Assembly (NCBI GenBank): GCA_016839765.1
Contig: JAEOTP010000012.1
Span: forward strand, 32,001 to 96,000
DNA length: 64,000 nt
Origin: Promethearchaeota archaeon
GTDB taxonomy: Archaea; Asgardarchaeota; Lokiarchaeia; Sigyniarchaeales; SOKP01
Direction of reading: 5' to 3'
Part shown: positions 58,974 through 64,000 of the stretch, piece after piece
How the letters are laid out: every line of letters begins with the position of its first letter
Position numbering within the stretch: the stretch's first letter is position 1
The notes under the pieces: model-generated
What the model saw: only the letters and a program-made list of their open reading frames with translations
Database searches by the model: none
What the model was told of the DNA's origin: nothing
Program-made: the position numbers and the translations under genes

Positions 58974-59219
58974 TGGTTGTTCTACCTTTTTGAAATATTT
59001 GTTTTTAAGTTTTTTAATTAGATTTCTATATATTACTGTTTATCAAGAATATATATAATAATTTATTGGAAAATATATGATAAATTATATTGGATTATAG
59101 TAACAAACTCTTTTAAGTATTTTAAACCATTAGAACTATACTTATACAAAAATCCTCTTCTTGCGAATGATAGGATAAAGAATCTAATTTTTAAAAAAAA
59201 TAAATAAAAAAATGAAAAA

Positions 59220-60461
59220 TTACTTTGATACTTTCTTTTCTCTTAAAGCTCTTATCATTGGTAAATCCTTTCCTGAGAGAATTTCTAACATTGCGCCTCC
59301 TGCAGTAGAAATAAATGAAACATCATTAGCTAAACCTGCCATAGAAGCTGCGGCACCCATTTCACCACCACCAATAATAGTAAGTGCTCCTTTTTCTTTT
59401 GTTGCTTTAACCATTGCCTTAACCATTTCATTAGTGGCTTCTCTGAAAACCTCTTTTTCAAATATCCCTGGAGGACCATTTGCAACTATTGTTTTGCATT
59501 TCATTATGATATCTTTGAATTTTTCTTCTGTTTTTGGACCTATATCTCCAGTTGTTGTATTATATGTGCCAGCTTCATCTATACTAATAATTTTCCTATT
59601 ACCATTATCATCAATTACTAAATCTTCAGGAAGTATTATTTTGTCTTTATACTTTTCATAAGTTTCTTTAATCATACTTTTATTTTCCTCTAAATCCTTA
59701 GCAATGATTTTTTGATTTGGTTCTCCCATATTTTTACCAAGAGCTTCAAAAATCAGGATCGCAGTTAATCCAGAACATAGAGCATAATCTAATTTCTCAT
59801 TATCAAAATTGTATTTCATTGCTTTAAATTTATCAATTGCTTTTGCACCGCCAATTAGCATAGCCATAGGTTTATCAGGTATGTCCATTATTTTTTTCAA
59901 TGCATTCAGTTCTTTATCTGTAATAGGTCCAGCTAACATTTTTGGCCAACCTACAATTGAAACATGCGCTCTATGTGCAGCTCCAAAAGCATCAACAATT
60001 ACATAGTCAACCAATGGATATAATGCTTTAACCATTTCAGTGTTTTCAGCATCAGAGAAACTCTTGTATTTAGCCATTTCACCATCCCATTTTCTAACAT
60101 TATTAAGCACTAAAACTTCCCCTAGTTTAAGCTCTTTTATAGCTTGTTTTGCTTGATTCCCAAAAATATCTTTAACGAATTTTACAGGCCGACCCAAATG
60201 TTTTTCAATTTCTCTTGCATGTATATCTAAATCTGTGAAATCCTCATTTCCTGGTCGAGATTGATGTGCTAATATAATCACTGCACTTTCTTTAAAATAT
60301 TCATTTAATGCTGGAACTAATGCACGAATTCTAGGAGAGTCCCTAATTTCCATCTTGTCTAAATCAATATTAGAATTTATATCAACTCTCATTAATATCT
60401 TTTTTCCTTTCAAATCCACATCCTTGTAGGAAGTATAATCTATCTTCATTTCAATTATCAC
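59220..60461 (-). CDS. pgk: Phosphoglycerate kinase (archaeal type; probable start ATG 60449)
   Basis: RVDINS, LAHQSRPG, DAFGAAHRAH.S, GGAK, DIGPKT, NGPPG.FE, STAGGAMLE. Confidence 0.96.
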   Translation of the reverse strand: MIIEMKIDYTSYKDVDLKGKKILMRVDINSNIDLDKMEIRDSPRIRALVPALNEYFKESAVIILAHQSRPGNEDFTDLDIHAREIEKHLGRPVKFVKDIFGNQAKQAIKELKLGEVLVLNNVRKWDGEMAKYKSFSDAENTEMVKALYPLVDYVIVDAFGAAHRAHVSIVGWPKMLAGPITDKELNALKKIMDIPDKPMAMLIGGAKAIDKFKAMKYNFDNEKLDYALCSGLTAILIFEALGKNMGEPNQKIIAKDLEENKSMIKETYEKYKDKIILPEDLVIDDNGNRKIISIDEAGTYNTTTGDIGPKTEEKFKDIIMKCKTIVANGPPGIFEKEVFREATNEMVKAMVKATKEKGALTIIGGGEMGAAASMAGLANDVSFISTAGGAMLEILSGKDLPMIRALREKKVSK

Positions 60462-60588
60462 ATTTGTTTTGGATTGTTAATTAAAATTTAAATCACTATA
60501 ATATTCAATATCAAAAAAGTTTTGATAGGTTAATACTTTTTATGAATAATTGTGAAAAAATCAAGATTAAAAATTAATTAAATTAGAA

Positions 60589-63294
60589 ATGCAGTTAAAA
60601 GCTGTAGTTATAAATAAACTCGATATAACTAAAAAACAAGAAATTAGTTATCCAATTTTACTACCAGCACCAAAGGAGATTACAGAATTTAATGGAAATA
60701 GAGGATTGGTTCTTAATTCTCAAAGTAATATCCAATTTCTGAATGTTGCTAACCCAGATTTTTATTTAAATGATTTAAATGAATCACTGAAATTATTCAC
60801 TGGAGTAAGAATCAAGAGAAAATTTGATGAGCCAGATAATTTGATGCGTACAATCCTAAATGAAGCTTTAATTGATAGCTTACTTGATGTACAAAACGAA
60901 GAGGGATATAATCTTGAAATTGAAAAAAATTTTATATTGATATATAGTATTCATGAAAGGGGGTTATTTTATGGCCTTCAAACTCTTATTCAATTATTAA
61001 AAAATGGCTTTTTATCACAATCGAAATCATTAGATTTACCTAAAGAAGATATTGATGAAATAATTTTGCCAGAAATAAAAATAAGAGATAAACCAGATTT
61101 AGAGATAAGAGGAATTGCACAAGATATTTCTCGAGGACAGTCAATTACCATCGATTTTGCAAAAAGATATATAACCATTCTTAGTCATTACAAAATGAAT
61201 TTTTATTGTATATATATTGAAGATATGTTTTCACATCCAAAATATCCTGTTATTGGTAAGAATCGAGGTGCTTTAACAAAAGAAGAAATTCAAGAAATCG
61301 ATAATTATGCCAAAAAGAGATATATAGAGTTTGTTCCTATATTTGAATGTCTAGGTCACGTAGATAATATATTAACTCATAAGGAATATGAAGACCTTGG
61401 AGAGTATCCTGGAGCTCAATGTTTTAATATTACTAATAAGAAGGTTTTTGAATTTTTAAATGACTTTATATCAGAGTTAAGCAATGCCTTCACAACTAAA
61501 TATTTCCATATTGGATGTGATGAAAGTTTTGATTTTGGAAAATATCGTTCAAAAGAGCTTATAAACCAAATAGGAAAAAGCCAAGCGTACATAGATGTAT
61601 ATGAAAAAATCTATAAAATTGCTAAAGATTGCGGAAAAGAACGCGTAATCATGTATGATGATATAGCAGTAAATGATAATGAAATTTTACAAAATCTGAA
61701 TAAGGATATTATCATAATGTTTTGGGATTATAAACCTAAAGAGAAATATCCTAAAGTAGAAAAATTATTAAACGCTGGATTTAAAGTAATAGTTAGCCCT
61801 TCAATGCTCAATTGGCAAAGACATTTTCCTGATTATAAAAATTCTAGTAAAAACATAATTAATTTAATAAAGACAGCATACGATTATAAAAATAATGGAT
61901 GTCTGGGAGTTTTAACGAGCACTTGGGGGGATTTCCGTTATTATTCATTAAGAGAAAATGAGATATTTGGGGCAGTATTGACGGGTGCAACATCCTGGAA
62001 CTGCCCAAATTTTGATTATGAACACTTTAAACGAAGTTTTGGATTTCTTTTTTATGGCCTTCAAAGTAATTTTTTGGAAATTTTTTATGAAATGTTTAGT
62101 CAATTAAGTAAATCCACATCTTTATATTATAAAATTGGGATATTATTACCATCACTCTTTTATACTTATCTGTTTAAACATCCCTTTCCTTCCAAAAAAT
62201 ATAGATCCTCTTGTAAAAATTATAAAGAACTCGGCTTTATTGGAGAAAAATATCTAGAAATTTATTCTCAACTCAAACCATTTGTAAGATTCGAACAAGA
62301 AAATTTTGAATATATTGAATATAGTGCTGAATTAGCAAAATATCTTAAAGAGAAGATAGAAATATCTGAAAATACATCAAACATTCTAAATAAACGGAGT
62401 CTTAAAAAAGAAGAGATTGCAAATATTATATCAAGCTTAAACTATATTAAAGATAAATTCAATTATTTAAAACTTAAATATGAAAAATTATGGCTAAGAG
62501 CAGCAAAGCGGCCTTGCCTAGATTTTAATTTAAAGTTATTCGATTTTGTTATCAACTGTTATCATGAAAAAACAAATCAATTAAATCAGGGTATTTTTTT
62601 TGAAGATCCATATATAAAATCTGAATGGATATGGGTTAATGAAAAATTGTGTCCGCTACAGCCACGATTTTTCCGAAAAGTCTTTCTAATAAACAATTCA
62701 GTTAAAAAAGCAGTGCTGCAAGGGACTGCTTGTAATCATATGAAAATTTTTTTAAATTCTAAGTTTGTTGGAGAAGTGTTTAGTCGGTTCTCTTTATCAA
62801 TTCTCCCAATTCATAATCGAATTAAAGTTTTTGATATAACGGAGTATCTTAAAGTTGGAACGAATATTATCACTGTCGAAGCTTATAACTATGAAGGTTT
62901 TAAAGGCGCGATAAATATTTTTGGACAAATTCTTTTAAACGATAATACAATTCAAGAAATATATAGTAATCAGACTTGGTTATGTTCTAAAACTGGTAGA
63001 TTAAATGATTTTGATTGGAAAATGTTAGATTACGATGATTCGGATTGGAATAAGGTAAAATCATATGGTACACCCCCTAACCTAAATGGTGATATTTTTA
63101 CACCAGATCTTTTAGATGGTCAAATTCCCTTAACTCAAGACTATTTTGGACTTCAAAGTTTCTTTTTCAACTCTTTAAAAATATTAACTGGCTATTTTTA
63201 TGGAAGAATAAAAAGAATATTGGGATTCATTTTGGTAAAATTAATAAAATCGATAATTAAATTAATTATTAGAAGATTGAAACCTTTTGACTAG
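60589..63294 (+). CDS. GH20 beta-N-acetylhexosaminidase with C-terminal rhamnosidase-N/galactose-binding-like domain
   Basis: GLFYGLQTL.QL, D.P....RG...DISRG, KMN, FHIGCDE catalytic motif, TWGD; C-terminal FRKVF, FDIT.YLKVG.N.I.V, W....YDDS.W. Confidence 0.9.
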   Translation: MQLKAVVINKLDITKKQEISYPILLPAPKEITEFNGNRGLVLNSQSNIQFLNVANPDFYLNDLNESLKLFTGVRIKRKFDEPDNLMRTILNEALIDSLLDVQNEEGYNLEIEKNFILIYSIHERGLFYGLQTLIQLLKNGFLSQSKSLDLPKEDIDEIILPEIKIRDKPDLEIRGIAQDISRGQSITIDFAKRYITILSHYKMNFYCIYIEDMFSHPKYPVIGKNRGALTKEEIQEIDNYAKKRYIEFVPIFECLGHVDNILTHKEYEDLGEYPGAQCFNITNKKVFEFLNDFISELSNAFTTKYFHIGCDESFDFGKYRSKELINQIGKSQAYIDVYEKIYKIAKDCGKERVIMYDDIAVNDNEILQNLNKDIIIMFWDYKPKEKYPKVEKLLNAGFKVIVSPSMLNWQRHFPDYKNSSKNIINLIKTAYDYKNNGCLGVLTSTWGDFRYYSLRENEIFGAVLTGATSWNCPNFDYEHFKRSFGFLFYGLQSNFLEIFYEMFSQLSKSTSLYYKIGILLPSLFYTYLFKHPFPSKKYRSSCKNYKELGFIGEKYLEIYSQLKPFVRFEQENFEYIEYSAELAKYLKEKIEISENTSNILNKRSLKKEEIANIISSLNYIKDKFNYLKLKYEKLWLRAAKRPCLDFNLKLFDFVINCYHEKTNQLNQGIFFEDPYIKSEWIWVNEKLCPLQPRFFRKVFLINNSVKKAVLQGTACNHMKIFLNSKFVGEVFSRFSLSILPIHNRIKVFDITEYLKVGTNIITVEAYNYEGFKGAINIFGQILLNDNTIQEIYSNQTWLCSKTGRLNDFDWKMLDYDDSDWNKVKSYGTPPNLNGDIFTPDLLDGQIPLTQDYFGLQSFFFNSLKILTGYFYGRIKRILGFILVKLIKSIIKLIIRRLKPFD

Positions 63295-63303
63295 GTGTTT
63301 ATT

Positions 63304-64000
63304 ATGGATAATATCAGAGAGATTTTAAATAAATTATTGGAGAAAAAATGCTCCGTAGAAGAAGCAGAGAAATTTCTAAAAGCTAATCTTATTGAAGAAG
63401 TTGGAGATTTGGCTAAACTTGATATATTTAGAAAAGTACGTACTGGAGTCGTTGAAGTAATATATGCTGAAAATAAAACCCCTCAAATGGTTTCAGAGAT
63501 AGCCAACAGTTTTTTAAAATCTAATAGATTTACTGTAATCTCAAGGTTCAATGAAGAGCAAAACCAATTCTTAAAGAAAGAATTTGAAAATAATGATAAT
63601 TATGTTTTAAAAATTAATGAATTAGCAAAAATTATGATTATTAAGGAAAAGGATTTTGAATTTGAGAAAAAAGGAGGAGTTGTGGGGATTATCACCGCTG
63701 GAAGTTCAGATATACCAGTTGCAGAAGAAGCAAAAGTAATAGCGGAATCAATGGGGTGTTCTGTAATCACTAGCTATGATTTAGGAATTGCAGGTATCCA
63801 TCGAATTTTCACTCCTCTCAGTGAAATGATAAAGAATGGAGTTCATGTCATCATTGTATGTGCTGGAATGGAAGGTACTTTACCCGGAGTCGTTGCAGCC
63901 CTTGTAGATGTGCCTGTTATCGGTGTTCCCATATCCAGCGGATATGGATTAGGAGAAAAAGGAATTGGAGCTTTAACAACTATGTTACAATCTTGTTCGC
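63304..64000 (+). CDS. larB: Nickel-pincer cofactor biosynthesis protein LarB (AIR carboxylase-like), truncated by the window end
   Basis: Translates MDNIREIL...AKLDIFRKVRTG..EVIYAENKT...ITAGSSDIPVAEEA...D.GIAGIHR...AGMEGTLPGVV..LVDVPVIGVP.S.GYG...ALTTMLQSCS. Confidence 0.92.
   Translation, partial: MDNIREILNKLLEKKCSVEEAEKFLKANLIEEVGDLAKLDIFRKVRTGVVEVIYAENKTPQMVSEIANSFLKSNRFTVISRFNEEQNQFLKKEFENNDNYVLKINELAKIMIIKEKDFEFEKKGGVVGIITAGSSDIPVAEEAKVIAESMGCSVITSYDLGIAGIHRIFTPLSEMIKNGVHVIIVCAGMEGTLPGVVAALVDVPVIGVPISSGYGLGEKGIGALTTMLQSCS

Overview
This is a very AT-rich, gene-dense chromosomal window from an Asgard archaeon, most likely Lokiarchaeia. The call rests on an ESCRT locus (EAP30/Vps22-36, Vps25, Vps4, ESCRT-III), a Rab-like small GTPase, a HEAT+LRR protein, archaeal-type uS10/PGK/NIP7 and an archaeal SRP RNA. 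About 55 CDS cover carbohydrate use (GH172, GH20, glycogen phosphorylase, SIS, PfkB), redox/sulfur handling, transport and RNA modification. Features missed by the ORF track: an SRP RNA (15505-15808), tRNA-Gly(GCC), a tRNA-Val(GAC) with an apparent D-loop intron, an internally deleted IS607 element (TnpA HTH start joined to a TnpB tail), a frameshifted phytoene-dehydrogenase-like gene, a truncated DUF302 paralog, probable ATA/ATC start codons, an intergenic G-U-rich hairpin and a partial larB at the right edge. The leading candidates for undescribed biology are a 710-aa protein with two tandem HTH-HNH nuclease modules behind a Pro/Lys repeat tail, a MIM1-like helix on the Vps25 N-terminal extension, and a Bud23-like rRNA methyltransferase. 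All family calls come from motif recognition by eye; no searches were run.
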